Shown here piece after piece: positions 9,617 to 22,700 of a stretch of 64,000 nt of DNA. Source of the DNA: an uncultured Gemmatimonadales bacterium (GTDB lineage: Bacteria; Gemmatimonadota; Gemmatimonadetes; Palauibacterales; Palauibacteraceae); the NCBI GenBank assembly GCA_963783385.1, contig CAWANJ010000009.1, positions 256,001 through 320,000 on the forward strand. Direction: 5' to 3'. Numbering within the stretch: position 1 is the stretch's first letter; the number at the start of each line of letters is the position of its first letter. The translations under genes were made by a program, and so were the position numbers. The notes beneath the pieces are model-generated. The model saw only the letters and a list, made by a program, of their open reading frames with translations, made no database searches and was not told the DNA's origin.

Positions 9617-10579
9617 ATGAAGCTGCTCGTCGGGTCCGAGGGACGTCTCCGTGCGGGCTGGCGCCTGGCGGTCTTCGGGATGCTGGTCGCCGGAGCCTAC
9701 CTGTTCCTGGGCGGCGTCACCTGGGCGACCCTCCCGGGACTCAGGAGCGGTCGCGGTCTGGTGCCGGCCGCCGGGATCGGTGTGGCGCTCCTCTCAGTCC
9801 TCGGCGCGACATGGGCGATGGCCCGGACGGTGGAGCGGGTTTCGCTCACGGCGCTCGGCCTGCCGCGCGACCGCACCGCGGTCGCCGAGGCGGCCCGAGG
9901 GTTCCTGGTGGGGCTCACGCTCATGGCGCTGGTGGTGGGCGTCCTGGCCATCACGGGCGCGGTGAGCTGGCGCCCGGAGCGGGGAACCGGGAGCTGGACC
10001 GGGACCGTGGGCCTGGCGACGCTGTTCCTGGCCGTCGGCGCCCTCGAGGAGGAGCTCCTGTTCCGGGGGTACCCGCTCCAGGTGCTGGCCGAGGCGCTCG
10101 GCGGCCCCGCGGCGGTCGTGCTCACGGCGGTGGGGTTCGGGCTCCTGCACTTGTTCAACCCGGGGCTGGACCGTCTCGCCTTGCTGAACCTCGTGGTGGC
10201 CGGGATCCTGCTGGGCGCGGCGTACTGGCGCACCTACAGCCTGTGGTTTCCGATCGGGATCCACCTGGGCTGGAACTGGACCATGAGCGTGGCCGCCGGC
10301 CTGCCGGTGAGCGGCATCGGCGCGGGCACGCCCGGGTTTCGATTCCTGGACACGCCGGGCTTCGACGCCGCGGTCCACGGGCCGGCCTGGTGGTCCGGCG
10401 GCCGGTTCGGGCCGGAAGCGGGAGTGGCGGTCACGGCCGTGGCCCTGGTCGGCATTGCCTGGCTCGCGCGGACGGGGCGCCTGCACCGCGCCGAGCGGAT
10501 CCGATCGGCGGGGGCGCTGCCCGATCGGCGGGTCGGCAGGGAAGGGCGCGGGGACGAGGCTGCACGTGGGGGATCCTGA
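9617..10579 (+). CDS. CPBP/Abi-family intramembrane metalloprotease
   Basis: [19 protein letters not shown] motifs; multiple TM segments. Confidence 0.88.
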   Translation: MKLLVGSEGRLRAGWRLAVFGMLVAGAYLFLGGVTWATLPGLRSGRGLVPAAGIGVALLSVLGATWAMARTVERVSLTALGLPRDRTAVAEAARGFLVGLTLMALVVGVLAITGAVSWRPERGTGSWTGTVGLATLFLAVGALEEELLFRGYPLQVLAEALGGPAAVVLTAVGFGLLHLFNPGLDRLALLNLVVAGILLGAAYWRTYSLWFPIGIHLGWNWTMSVAAGLPVSGIGAGTPGFRFLDTPGFDAAVHGPAWWSGGRFGPEAGVAVTAVALVGIAWLARTGRLHRAERIRSAGALPDRRVGREGRGDEAARGGS

Positions 10580-10589
10580 CCGGGAGGAG

Positions 10590-11462
10590 ATGGGGATGAA
10601 GGCCGAAGACATCCGGACGGCCGGGGTGGTCGGCGCCGGCACCATGGGGAACGGGATCGCGCACGTGCTGGCCCTGGCGGGCATCGCCACGCACCTGGTG
10701 GACGTGGACGACGCAGCGCTGGAGCGGGGGATCGCCACGATTCGCAAGAACCTCGACCGTCAGGTGGCCAGGGGGGCGGTGGACGGGGCCGAGGCCGAGG
10801 CGGCGCTGGCTCGCGTGGAGTCGTCGACGTCGCTCGAGGACCTCGCCGGCTCGCAGATCGTGGTCGAAGCGGCGCCCGAGCGTGCCGAGCTCAAGGCGAG
10901 GATCTTCGAGGAGCTCTCGGGCATCGTCGACCCGGAGACCCTGCTGGCCTCGAACACGAGCTCGATCGCCATCACCGGCCTCGCCTCTCACGCTACCCAT
11001 CCCGGTCGCGTCGTCGGGATGCATTTCATGAACCCCGTGCCCGTGATGCGGCTCGTCGAGGTGATCCGGGGCCTGGAGACCTCGGACGGGACGACCGCGC
11101 TGGTCATGGAGCTGTCACGGCGACTGGGCAAGACGCCGGTCGAGGTGTCCGACTATCCGGGCTTCGTCTCGAACCGGGTGCTCATGCCCATGATCAACGA
11201 GGCGGTCTTCTGCCTGATGGAGGGCGTGGCGACGCCGGAGGCCATCGACACGGTGATGAAGCTCGGCATGAACCACCCAATGGGGCCGCTGGCCCTGGCG
11301 GATCTGATCGGCCTCGACACGTGTCTCCACATCTGCGAGGTCTTGCAGGCGGAGCTCGGAGACGACAAGTACAGGCCCTGCCCGCTGCTCCGGAAGTACG
11401 TGGCGGCGGGGCGGCTGGGGCGGAAGACCGGGCGGGGCTTCTACGCGTATGGCGATGGTTGA
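10590..11462 (+). CDS. hbd: 3-hydroxybutyryl-CoA dehydrogenase
   Basis: [48 protein letters not shown]. Confidence 0.92.
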   Translation: MGMKAEDIRTAGVVGAGTMGNGIAHVLALAGIATHLVDVDDAALERGIATIRKNLDRQVARGAVDGAEAEAALARVESSTSLEDLAGSQIVVEAAPERAELKARIFEELSGIVDPETLLASNTSSIAITGLASHATHPGRVVGMHFMNPVPVMRLVEVIRGLETSDGTTALVMELSRRLGKTPVEVSDYPGFVSNRVLMPMINEAVFCLMEGVATPEAIDTVMKLGMNHPMGPLALADLIGLDTCLHICEVLQAELGDDKYRPCPLLRKYVAAGRLGRKTGRGFYAYGDG

Positions 11463-12642
11463 CACGTACGGTGACATCGATCTGACCGAGGAGCAGCTCC
11501 AGATCTGTCGTCTGGCGCGGCGCTTCGCGGAGGAGGAGGTCCTTCCAGGGGCGGTGCGGCGCGACCGGGAGGAAGACCACTTCGATCGGGCCATCGTGGA
11601 CCGCCTAGGGGAGCTGGGCTTCCTGGGCATGATGATCCCCGAAGCCTGGGACGGCCTCGGGCTCGGGCTGGACACCTACCTGATGGTGCTCGAGGAGATC
11701 GCCCGGGCGGATGCCTCCGTGGCCGTGTCCATGAGCGTCCATAACTCGCTGCCCACGCAGCTGCTGCTCCGCCACGGGACCGACGAGCAGAGGGACCGCT
11801 GGCTGCGGCCCATGGCACGCGGTGAGCTCCTGGGGGCGTTCTCCCTGTCGGAGGCGGGCTCGGGGAGCGACGCGGCCAGCCTGCAGGCCCAGGCGCGGCG
11901 TGACGGGGACGACTGGGTGCTCAGAGGCGAGAAGATGTGGGTCACGAACGGCGCCTCGGCCGACCTCGTCCTCCTGTTCGTGCGCACGGACACTCCCGAG
12001 GACCGCCTCGGGACGCACGGGATCGGCGCCTTCGTCGTCCCCACACACGCGCCCGGCTATCGCGCGGGCAAGAAGGAGCGCAAGCTGGGGCTGCGCGGGT
12101 CCGAGACCGTGGCCGTGCACCTGGAGGACGTCCGCCTCGGGCCCGAGCACCTCCTCGGCGAGCCCGGGAAGGGGTACCGATACGCGCTGGGCGCCCTCGA
12201 GGGAGGGCGTCTGGGCATCGCCGCCCAGGCGGTGGGAATCGCGGGGGCCGCGCTCGAGCACGCGCTGGCGTACGCGGCCGAGCGCGAGCAGTTCGGGCGT
12301 CCGATCAAGGACTTCCAGGGCCTCCGGTTCAAGCTCGCCCGCATGGGTCTCCGGGTGGAGGCTGCGCGCGCCTTGCTCCATCGCGCCGCGCGGGTCTACA
12401 TGAAGGGAGAGACTCGGCAGCGGATGCTCTCGAGCATGGCCAAGCTGGAGGCGAGCGAGGCGGCCATGCAGGTGACCAGGGAGGCGGTCCAGGTGCTGGG
12501 AGGCTACGGCTACACGAGAGAATACCCCGTGGAGCGGCTCTTCCGGGACGCCAAGGTCACGGAGATCTACGAGGGCACCAGCGAAGTGCACCAGATCATC
12601 ATCGCCAAGGAACTCTACTCACAGCGAGGTACGGACCAGTGA
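11449..12642 (+). CDS. Acyl-CoA dehydrogenase (short/branched-chain type)
   Basis: [42 protein letters not shown]. Confidence 0.92.
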   Translation: MAMVDTYGDIDLTEEQLQICRLARRFAEEEVLPGAVRRDREEDHFDRAIVDRLGELGFLGMMIPEAWDGLGLGLDTYLMVLEEIARADASVAVSMSVHNSLPTQLLLRHGTDEQRDRWLRPMARGELLGAFSLSEAGSGSDAASLQAQARRDGDDWVLRGEKMWVTNGASADLVLLFVRTDTPEDRLGTHGIGAFVVPTHAPGYRAGKKERKLGLRGSETVAVHLEDVRLGPEHLLGEPGKGYRYALGALEGGRLGIAAQAVGIAGAALEHALAYAAEREQFGRPIKDFQGLRFKLARMGLRVEAARALLHRAARVYMKGETRQRMLSSMAKLEASEAAMQVTREAVQVLGGYGYTREYPVERLFRDAKVTEIYEGTSEVHQIIIAKELYSQRGTDQ

Positions 12643-13754
12643 CGCATCCCGGCATAGAGGTACCCGAGCAGGTGGCCCGCGAGGGCGAGCTCGCCTCGAG
12701 CGAGATCTTCGAACTGCTGGCCGAGCATGGGCACGAGCAGGTCCTGTTCACCCACGAGCCGTCGTGTGGCTACCGCGGCATCATCGCCATCCACGACACG
12801 ACGCTGGGCCCGGCGCTGGGGGGCACGAGATACTGGAACTACGAGAGCAATTGGGACGCGGTCGTAGACGTGCTGCGCCTGTCCCGCGGCATGACCTACA
12901 AGGCCGCCGTGGCCGGGCTCAACCTGGGGGGCGGAAAGTCCGTCATCATCGGGGACAATCGCCGCCCGGACCGCGAGATGATCATGCGGGCGCACGGCCA
13001 GGCCGTGGAGAGCATGGGGGGACGCTACATCACCGCGGAGGACGTGGGAACGTCCGTCGAAGACATGGACTTCGTCCACATGGAGACCGACTACGTGGTC
13101 GGGATCGCCGGACGCTCGGGCGACCCCTCGCCGGTGACGGCGTACGGCGTGTTCCGGGGGATCAAGGCGTGCGCGCAGCGTCGCTACGGTTCCGACGACC
13201 TCGACGGCCGCACGGTCGCGGTCCAGGGGGCCGGGCACGTGGGCTACCACCTGGCGGAGTACCTGATGGACGACGGCGCCCACGTTGTCATCACGGACAT
13301 CGACTCGGCCCGGGTCCAGCGCGCGGTCGACGAGCTGGGCGCCGAGGCGGTGGAGCCCGACGAGATCTACGAGGTGGACGGCGACATCTTCGCGCCGTGC
13401 GCCCTGGGCGCCATCCTCAACGAGGACACGATTCCTCGCCTCGCGGTCGACATCGTGGCCGGGGCGGCCAACAACCAGCTCGCTGCCGAGGATGACGACG
13501 ACCGTCTGGCCGAGCGAGACATCCTGTACGCGCCGGACTACGTCATCAACGCCGGGGGGCTCATCAACGTCTACTCGGAGCTGGTGAGCTGGTCCCTGGA
13601 GCGCTCCAAGCGCAAGGCCGGCGAGATCTACCACACGCTGCTGCAAGTCTTCCAGCTGGCCGAGGAGCGCGGCATTACCAGCGCGGTGGCCGCCGACGAG
13701 CTCGCCCAGCGGCGCGTTGAGCGGGTGGCGCGCCTCCACCGCCGACACGTCTGA
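12639..13754 (+). CDS. Glu/Leu/Phe/Val dehydrogenase, leucine dehydrogenase-like
   Basis: [52 protein letters not shown]. Confidence 0.9.
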   Translation: MTHPGIEVPEQVAREGELASSEIFELLAEHGHEQVLFTHEPSCGYRGIIAIHDTTLGPALGGTRYWNYESNWDAVVDVLRLSRGMTYKAAVAGLNLGGGKSVIIGDNRRPDREMIMRAHGQAVESMGGRYITAEDVGTSVEDMDFVHMETDYVVGIAGRSGDPSPVTAYGVFRGIKACAQRRYGSDDLDGRTVAVQGAGHVGYHLAEYLMDDGAHVVITDIDSARVQRAVDELGAEAVEPDEIYEVDGDIFAPCALGAILNEDTIPRLAVDIVAGAANNQLAAEDDDDRLAERDILYAPDYVINAGGLINVYSELVSWSLERSKRKAGEIYHTLLQVFQLAEERGITSAVAADELAQRRVERVARLHRRHV

Positions 13755-13759
13755 TCCCC

Positions 13760-15097
13760 ATGGGAGCGGGTCCGACCGGGAGCGGAGGAGATGCCACCCG
13801 CGGGGAGGATGGTGCGCTGGTCGGTCCCGCCTGGCAGGACCGGCGGCTGAGCGAGGTCGACCCCGAGGTCCACGCGGCCGTCCGGGACGAGACCGAGCGC
13901 CAGCGCAGGGGCCTCGAGCTCATCGCGAGCGAGAACTTCTGCTCCTCGGCGGTGCTCGAGGCCACGGGATCGCCGCTCACCAACAAGTACGCCGAGGGGC
14001 TGCCGGGGAAGCGATACTACGGAGGCTGCGAGTTCGTGGACGTGGCCGAAGACCTGGCACGCCGGCGTGCGTGCGAGCTGTTCGGGGCCGAGCACGCCAA
14101 CGTTCAGCCCCACAGCGGCGCCCAGGCCAACATGGCGGCCTACGCGGCCTTCCTCTCCCCGGGCGACGCGATCCTCGGGATGAACCTCACCCACGGGGGG
14201 CACCTCACCCACGGCTCGTCGGTCAACTTCAGCGGCAAGCTGTACCGGGTGGCGGAGTATGGCGTGCGGGAGTCGGACGGTCGATTGGACGTGGACGCGC
14301 TGGTCGCGGTGGCGCGCGAGCACCGGCCGGGCGTCATCATGGCGGGCTGGAGCGCCTACCCCCGGATCCTGCCCTTCGAGACGTTCGCCGGGATCGCGGC
14401 CGAGGTCGGGGCTCGCCTCATCGTGGACATGGCCCACTTCGCCGGGCTCGTGGCGGCGGGAGTGCACCCGAGCCCGGTTCCGCACGCGGACGTGGTGACC
14501 ACGACGACCCACAAGACACTGAGAGGGCCGCGCGGCGGGATGATCCTGTGCCGGGAGGAGCACGCCAGGGCCATCGACAAGGCCGTGTTCCCGCGCACGC
14601 AGGGCGGTCCGCTCATGCACGTGATCGCGGCCAAGGCCGTATGCCTCAAGGAAGCGCAGTCCGAGGGCTTCCGTCGCTACGGGGCGCGAACGGTCGAGAA
14701 CGCCCGGGCGCTGGGACGCGCGCTGGAGGCGCGGGGCTGGACCCTCGTCTCGGGGGGGACGGACACCCACCTCCTGCTGGTGGACCTCCGGGACACGGAG
14801 CTCACCGGGAAGGACGCCGAGGAGCTGCTGGGTCGTGCCGAGATCACGGTGAACAAGAACACGATCCCGGGCGAGACCCGCTCTCCCTTCGTGACCTCGG
14901 GGATCCGGATCGGCACGCCCGCCGTCACCACCCGCGGCATGGGTCCTGACGAGATGGAAACGATCGCGGGATGGATCGACCGGGTCCTGCGCTCCGGGGG
15001 CGAGGACGCCACGATCGACGGGGTGCGCGGCGAGGTGCACGAGCTCACCTCCGCCTTTCCACTGTACCGCGAGACGCCCTGCGACCGGGGAGCCTGA
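13760..15097 (+). CDS. glyA: Serine hydroxymethyltransferase
   Basis: [43 protein letters not shown]. Confidence 0.97.
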   Translation: MGAGPTGSGGDATRGEDGALVGPAWQDRRLSEVDPEVHAAVRDETERQRRGLELIASENFCSSAVLEATGSPLTNKYAEGLPGKRYYGGCEFVDVAEDLARRRACELFGAEHANVQPHSGAQANMAAYAAFLSPGDAILGMNLTHGGHLTHGSSVNFSGKLYRVAEYGVRESDGRLDVDALVAVAREHRPGVIMAGWSAYPRILPFETFAGIAAEVGARLIVDMAHFAGLVAAGVHPSPVPHADVVTTTTHKTLRGPRGGMILCREEHARAIDKAVFPRTQGGPLMHVIAAKAVCLKEAQSEGFRRYGARTVENARALGRALEARGWTLVSGGTDTHLLLVDLRDTELTGKDAEELLGRAEITVNKNTIPGETRSPFVTSGIRIGTPAVTTRGMGPDEMETIAGWIDRVLRSGGEDATIDGVRGEVHELTSAFPLYRETPCDRGA

Positions 15098-15741
15098 CGG
15101 ACGCGGTCCTCGTGCCGGTCGGCGAGGCGGAGGCCGAGCTGCGCGCACGCGGCTCGCGCTTCCTGGCGCGCGCGAGCCGGACCGCGACGCGCCAGGAGGC
15201 GGAGGACCTCCGGTCCCGCGCCCGACGCCGCCACCACGATGCCACCCATCACGTGCTGGCGTTCCTCCCCCTGGAAGGGGCCGCCTGGTGGGACGACGAC
15301 GGTGAGCCGTCGGGGACCGGGGGCCGACCCGTGCTCGACGCCATCCAGGGATCCGGGCTCCGGCAGACGGCGGTCGTGGTCACGCGCTGGTTCGGCGGAA
15401 CCAAGCTCGGAACGGGCGGGCTCTCCCGTGCCTATGCCGGCGCTGCCGCTCGCGCGCTTTCGGATCTTCCCGGCCGCCCGGCGGTGCCCGCCAGTCGGTG
15501 CCTCGTCCACTTCGATCATCCCGATACGGGTGCCGTCATGCGGCTGCTGGACGCCGCCGGGGCTCGGCGAGGGGAGCTGCTGTACGAGACCCGGGTCAGC
15601 CTCGAGGTCCTGGTTCCGCGCGACCGCCGCCCCGAGCTGGCCCGCGCGCTGGCCGACGCGACCGGGGGCCGGGCCCGCCTCGAGCTCGTGAACGACGAGG
15701 GTGTGCTGGTCCTGGCGGAGGGAGCCGGGGGGGCGACTTGA
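15094..15741 (+). CDS. YigZ/IMPACT family protein (start uncertain: CTG 15094 or GTG 15112)
   Basis: [41 protein letters not shown]. Confidence 0.88.
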   Translation: MTDAVLVPVGEAEAELRARGSRFLARASRTATRQEAEDLRSRARRRHHDATHHVLAFLPLEGAAWWDDDGEPSGTGGRPVLDAIQGSGLRQTAVVVTRWFGGTKLGTGGLSRAYAGAAARALSDLPGRPAVPASRCLVHFDHPDTGAVMRLLDAAGARRGELLYETRVSLEVLVPRDRRPELARALADATGGRARLELVNDEGVLVLAEGAGGAT

Positions 15742-15767
15742 CGCTTGATTTCGCGTTCTCCTACTTT
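15738..15767 (+). promoter_or_regulatory. Probable sigma70 promoter for the Minf_1886 gene
   Basis: TTGACG, 18 bp spacer, TACTTT in an AT-richer patch. Confidence 0.45.
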
Positions 15768-15840
15768 CCCAGCGTGTTCGTTCCGGGCTCGAGACCCGCC
15801 GGGGTCCGGTCCGACCCGGCGAGGGAAGGGCCCGACGGCC

Positions 15841-16239
15841 GTGGATGAAGGGGTGATGGACGGGAGCCAGATCCTCACGCAACTGAGGCGCCGCGACCCG
15901 CGCTACACGGAGGAGGCCTATCTCTTCGTGCTCGCGGCGCTGCACCACTGTCTCGAAGAGCTGGACGAGCCGCGGCACGTCTCGGGTTCCGAGCTGGCGT
16001 CGGCGGTGCGGGACCTGGCCCTGTCCCGCTTCGGCCCGATGGCGCGGACCGTGCTCGAGCACTGGGGCGTCCACGCCACGCGCGACCTGGGGGAGATCGT
16101 CTTCCTGCTGGTGGAATCTGGGATCCTGATCAAGCAGGACTCCGATTCGCGCGAGGACTTCGAGGGTCTGTACAGCTTCGAAGAGGCGTTCGAGACGGGC
16201 TATCCGTGGGCCGGCCTGGAAGGAGAACGCTTCATCTGA
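15841..16239 (+). CDS. Minf_1886-family conserved hypothetical protein
   Basis: DPRY..EAYLFV..AL, HVSG.EL, FGPMARTVLEHWGV..T.D.GEIVF.LV, recognised from memory as the Minf_1886 (PVC-type) family. Confidence 0.75.
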   Translation: MDEGVMDGSQILTQLRRRDPRYTEEAYLFVLAALHHCLEELDEPRHVSGSELASAVRDLALSRFGPMARTVLEHWGVHATRDLGEIVFLLVESGILIKQDSDSREDFEGLYSFEEAFETGYPWAGLEGERFI

Positions 16240-16331
16240 GGGCCGTCTTGGCCCATCATGCACCTGCCCGGATGCTTGCCAGGACGCGGGGTCGTCGGAT
16301 CGGGGCGGGATGGTCGGGAGGGGGTGATCGC

Positions 16332-16529
16332 GTGGACGAGCTCGGTAGCTTCCCGGACTGCCTGAAGTGCGAGAACGGTATCTTGCTGCCACTCTCGGAC
16401 TACGGCCGGGACGGGGCCACCATCCGGTACAAAGCCTGGGTGTGCTCCAACCCCGAGTGCGGCTTCAACATCCGCATCGACAACGGCGAGATCAGCTTCG
16501 GCCGCACGGTCTCCCAGTCCTACCGCTGA
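16332..16529 (+). CDS. Small Zn-ribbon-like hypothetical protein (65 aa)
   Basis: GTG after GGAGGGGGTG; CLKC...CSNPEC; strong GC3 codon bias. Confidence 0.75.
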   Translation: MDELGSFPDCLKCENGILLPLSDYGRDGATIRYKAWVCSNPECGFNIRIDNGEISFGRTVSQSYR

Positions 16530-16599
16530 CCGGCTCGGGTCCGTGCGGCGTGGCTCGACACCGGGGCGAACCTTGAGCTCGCGGACCCGTTCGATCGAC

Positions 16600-18141
16600 G
16601 TGAACCGCACGCAGGTGTGGCTCCCGACGGCCGGGGAGATGGCCGCGCTGGATCGCGACGCCACGGCGTCGGGGCACACTACCGAACGGACCCTGATCGA
16701 GGCGGCCGGACGGGAGGTCGCCCGTCAGGTCGCCCTGCGCTTCCCCGAGGGTCCCGTCGCCGCTCTCCTGGGCAGCGGTCACAACGGTGCCGACGCCCTG
16801 GTGGCCCTCCGCTCGCTACGCGCCTGGGGAAGGGACGTCGCGGCGGTCCGCTGCGGGAGCTCGCTCCCCGAGCCGGAGGTGCGCGCGGGCTGGGAACTCG
16901 AGGTGCGGGAGCCGTCGGCGCTCGAGGCGACGTGCCGCTCGGCCGCCGTGGTGCTCGACGGGCTCCTGGGCACGGGCGTCAACGGTGCGCCGCGCGAGCC
17001 CGCGGCCACCTTCATCGCCCGGCTGAACGCCATTCCCGTGCCGGTCGTGGCCGTGGACGGTCCGAGCGGCGCCGACTTCACCACGGGGCGCACGCCGGGC
17101 GCCTGCGTGCGGGCCACCGTCACCGTGTGCCTGGGCTGGCCCAAGCTCGGACTCGTGCTCCACCCGGCCCGCGGGCACTGCGGGGAGCTGGTGTGCGTGG
17201 AGATCGGGTTTCCCCCGCCCGCCGGGGATCGCTTCGGAGCGCGGGCCATCACGGCGCGCTGGGCGACCGAGCTCCTGATCGAGCGGGGTCCGGAGGCACA
17301 CAAGGGCGAGGCCGGCTACCTGGCCCTCGTGGCGGGACAGGCCGGCATGGCGGGAGCCTCGGTGCTGGCGGCGCGCTCCGCCGTTCGCGCCGGAGCGGGC
17401 ATCGTCCGGGTGATCGGGGACCCCGCCAACCGGGTCGTCGTCCAGTCGGCCGTGCCGGAGGCCCTGTTCGTGGGCTGGGACGACGACCGGGGCGTGCGGG
17501 AGAGCCTCGAGTGGGCCGACGCCGTGGCCGTGGGGCCGGGTCTGGGCGGAGGAGCGGAGCGCCGCGAGCTCGTCGAGCGCGTGCTGGAGGGCCGGGGTGG
17601 ACGCCCCGTCGTCGTGGACGCGGACGGGCTCAACGCTTTCGCCGGGCGGATGGAGGCGCTGGCGGACCTGCTGGGTGGAAGCGCCGTCATCACGCCCCAC
17701 CCGGGGGAGCTGGCGAGGCTGCGCGGTGGCGAGCTGAGCGCCATCCTCGAAGACCGGCTCGGGGCCGCGCGTGCGGCGGCCCGGGACCTGGGCGTCCCGG
17801 TCCTCCTCAAGGGAATCCCCGCGCTGGTGGCCCTGCCGGTCGGTCCCCTGCGGGTGGCCACGGCCGGGGGCCCGGCCGTGGCGTCGGGCGGCTCCGGCGA
17901 CGTCCTCACGGGCATCGTGGGCGCGTACCTGGCCGCCGGCATCGGGCCCGCGGACGCGGCCACGGCGGCCCTGATGATCGGGGGACTCGCCGCCGACCGC
18001 TCGCCCTGCCCGGAGGGCCATCTGCCCACCGACGTGCCCGATCGGCTCCCGGCCGTGCGGGCGGAAATGAGCTCCGCGCCGCCGCCTTTGCCGGGTCCCG
18101 TGCTGTTCTCGCTCCCGGCGTCCCGGTCGGCCGGGGGCTGA
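16600..18141 (+). CDS. nnr: Bifunctional NAD(P)HX epimerase/dehydratase
   Basis: LIEAAG, GSGHNGADA, DGLLGTG, HKG, VGPGLG, DADGL, TPHPGEL, GGSGDVLTG. Confidence 0.9.
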   Translation: MNRTQVWLPTAGEMAALDRDATASGHTTERTLIEAAGREVARQVALRFPEGPVAALLGSGHNGADALVALRSLRAWGRDVAAVRCGSSLPEPEVRAGWELEVREPSALEATCRSAAVVLDGLLGTGVNGAPREPAATFIARLNAIPVPVVAVDGPSGADFTTGRTPGACVRATVTVCLGWPKLGLVLHPARGHCGELVCVEIGFPPPAGDRFGARAITARWATELLIERGPEAHKGEAGYLALVAGQAGMAGASVLAARSAVRAGAGIVRVIGDPANRVVVQSAVPEALFVGWDDDRGVRESLEWADAVAVGPGLGGGAERRELVERVLEGRGGRPVVVDADGLNAFAGRMEALADLLGGSAVITPHPGELARLRGGELSAILEDRLGAARAAARDLGVPVLLKGIPALVALPVGPLRVATAGGPAVASGGSGDVLTGIVGAYLAAGIGPADAATAALMIGGLAADRSPCPEGHLPTDVPDRLPAVRAEMSSAPPPLPGPVLFSLPASRSAGG

Positions 18142-18148
18142 CCGGACG

Positions 18149-19150
18149 GTGGACACGCCGCTCGCCCCGGGCTCGGAGTTCGACCGGATCCGGTCCCTGG
18201 TGAGCACGGTGGCCGGCCTGGCGCCGGCCGCCGAACAGGGGCGGGGTCCGGGAGATGATGCGGCCCTCATCAATGTGCCGGTCGGCGAGACCCTGGTGGT
18301 GAGCACGGACCTGTCCATCGAGGGGGTCCACTTCGAGCGGGCCTGGCTGCGGTGGGAGACCGTCGGGTTCCGGGCCGTCACCGGAGCGCTGAGTGACGTG
18401 GCGGCCATGGCGGCCCGCCCGCTCGGCGTCCTCCTGTCCATCGCGCTCCCCCCGGAGCTGGACCGCGAGGTGCTCGATGCCCTCGGGGTCGGCGCCGGAC
18501 GGGCCCTGGCCGAGGCAGGGTGCTCGCTCCTGGGCGGAGACCTCTCCCGCTCCCCCGGACCGGTGGTGCTCGACGCGGCCGTGCTCGGGTCGGCGACCCG
18601 CCCGGTGCGGCGAAGCGGAGCTCGGCCCGGCGACGAGGCCTGGGTGACGGGCGAGCTGGGTGGAGCGGCCCTGGCCGTGCGGCAGTGGCGGCAGGCGCTG
18701 GAGCCCGACCCGCGTGCCCGGCGCGCGTTCGAGAGGCCGCACGCCCGACTGGCCGAGGCACGCTGGCTGGCGGACGAAGCGGACGTCGGGGCGCTCATCG
18801 ACCTGTCCGATGGCCTGGCGGGGGACGCGGCCCAGCTGGCGGCCGCCTCGGGCGTCAGGGTCGAGATCGACGCCACCGAGGTTCCCCTGGCGCCGCCCCT
18901 GGCGGAGTTCAACGATCGGAGCGCCGCCCTGCGGCTGGCCGCGGGCGGAGGAGAGGACTACGAGCTCCTGCTCACGGCACCGGCCGGCGCCTTGCAGCCG
19001 CTCCGTGCGGCCTTCGAGTCGCGGTTCGGAGCCCGGTTGACGCGCGTGGGCAGGATCACGGCGGGAGGGGGGGTGCAGTGGAACGTACCGGAGGGCAGCC
19101 CGGTCGACATCCCGCTCACCGGATTCGATCACTTCGCCGCGGACGAGTAG
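18149..19150 (+). CDS. thiL: Thiamine-monophosphate kinase
   Basis: EFDRI, GPGDDAA, EGVHF, LSDVAAM, GGD, DLSDGL, GGEDYELL. Confidence 0.93.
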   Translation: MDTPLAPGSEFDRIRSLVSTVAGLAPAAEQGRGPGDDAALINVPVGETLVVSTDLSIEGVHFERAWLRWETVGFRAVTGALSDVAAMAARPLGVLLSIALPPELDREVLDALGVGAGRALAEAGCSLLGGDLSRSPGPVVLDAAVLGSATRPVRRSGARPGDEAWVTGELGGAALAVRQWRQALEPDPRARRAFERPHARLAEARWLADEADVGALIDLSDGLAGDAAQLAAASGVRVEIDATEVPLAPPLAEFNDRSAALRLAAGGGEDYELLLTAPAGALQPLRAAFESRFGARLTRVGRITAGGGVQWNVPEGSPVDIPLTGFDHFAADE

Positions 19151-21577
<2,427 letters not shown>

Positions 21578-21591
21578 CTTTTTCGGCGCAC

Positions 21592-21665
<74 letters not shown>

Positions 21666-21679
21666 CTGGGTCGACCCGA

Positions 21680-21710
21680 GGCCGGAGCCGAGCTCCGGCC
21701 GTAGCTTTTT
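21680..21710 (+). terminator. Hairpin plus U-tract between the two tRNAs
   Basis: GGCCGGAGC-cga-GCTCCGGCC followed by GTAGCTTTTT. Confidence 0.45.
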
Positions 21711-21719
21711 CGGGGTCGG

Positions 21720-21793
21720 GGCAGGGTAGCTCAGCCTGGTAGAGCAAGGGACTCATAAGCCCTGGGCCGCGGGTTCGAATCCCGCCCCTGCCA
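21720..21793 (+). tRNA. tRNA (CAU), probably elongator Met (Ile2 not excluded); CCA not encoded
   Basis: GGCAGGG/CCCTGCC acceptor stem, TAGCTCAG..GGTAGAGC D-arm, CTCATAA loop, GGTTCGAATCC. Confidence 0.88.
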
Positions 21794-21830
21794 CTCTCGT
21801 CCTTCGACGCCGTCGATCGTATCGGCACTT

Positions 21831-21859
21831 TTGCCCGCCGCCGTGAGCGTCCCTAGCTT
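21831..21859 (+). promoter_or_regulatory. Probable promoter for the psd operon
   Basis: TTGCCC, 17 bp spacer, TAGCTT. Confidence 0.5.
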
Positions 21860-21986
21860 CCACCCGCCCGGAGCGCCTGCTCGCCATCTACGTCCGCCGC
21901 GACGCGCCGCCGCCGGGTGGCCCCGGTACGGGGGGTCGCGTGGGCGGAGGTCGGTGGACGCCGGACGGTTCCTTCCGAGAGCGAGG

Positions 21987-22700
21987 ATGATGGGGAGCAA
22001 GCCAGCCAGGTCGGAGACGGTCCGGTCGGGCCGGACACGACTCGCTCCGGAAGGACGGGCGCTGGTGGCCGTGGCCGCCGTGCTCGCAGCGCCGGCCCTG
22101 CTGGCGGCGCTCGTCGTGGACTCCTGGACCGTGTGGATCGTCGCGGGCGGCCTCGCGGCCCTGACCGCCAGCCTGGCCTTCTTCTTTCGGGATCCCGTAC
22201 GAACGGGCCCTCGTGGAGAGGATCTCGTGCTGTCGGCGGCGGATGGGCTGGTGCTCGGGACGGCGGAGGTGGACTCGGCGCCCTACCTCGAGGGACCTGC
22301 CCTGCGGGTCTCGGTGTTCCTTTCGTTGCTGGATGTCCACGTCAACTGGATTCCGGTGTCGGGCCGCGTCGAGTGGCGCGAGGATCGAAGCGGAGGCTTC
22401 GAGCCGGCCTGGCGCGAGAGCGCCAGTTCGGGGAACGCCAGTGTGGCGCTCGGGATTCGTCGGGACGACGGGCACAAGGTGGTCGTTCGCCAGGTGGTGG
22501 GATTCGTGGCCCGGAGGATCGTGAACCACGCGCACGAAGGGGACCGCGTCGAGCAGGGGGAGAGGATGGGCATAATGCGCTTCGGCTCCCGGGTGGACAT
22601 CTTCCTGCCCCCCGATGCCGAGGTCGTGGCCGTCAGGGGAGATCGTGCCGTCGGGGGGACGACCGTACTCGCCCGTCTCGGGCCTCCGGGGGACGGGTGA
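21987..22700 (+). CDS. psd: Phosphatidylserine decarboxylase proenzyme (short type)
   Basis: FFFRDP.R, SAADG, FLS..DVHVN, ARRIV, RFGSRVD self-cleavage motif. Confidence 0.9.
   Translation: MMGSKPARSETVRSGRTRLAPEGRALVAVAAVLAAPALLAALVVDSWTVWIVAGGLAALTASLAFFFRDPVRTGPRGEDLVLSAADGLVLGTAEVDSAPYLEGPALRVSVFLSLLDVHVNWIPVSGRVEWREDRSGGFEPAWRESASSGNASVALGIRRDDGHKVVVRQVVGFVARRIVNHAHEGDRVEQGERMGIMRFGSRVDIFLPPDAEVVAVRGDRAVGGTTVLARLGPPGDG

Noticed and set aside
11937-12638. Apparent long N-terminal extensions or fusions in the ORF track (Leu DH; also pcrA, gatB, thiI, serS, eno)
   Set aside because: The extensions are open frames overlapping the upstream genes. The real starts are marked by stop-start overlaps or SD sequences.
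21720-21830. tRNA as an integration site
   Set aside because: There is no adjacent integrase and I saw no duplicated tRNA 3' end. Core genes continue directly.
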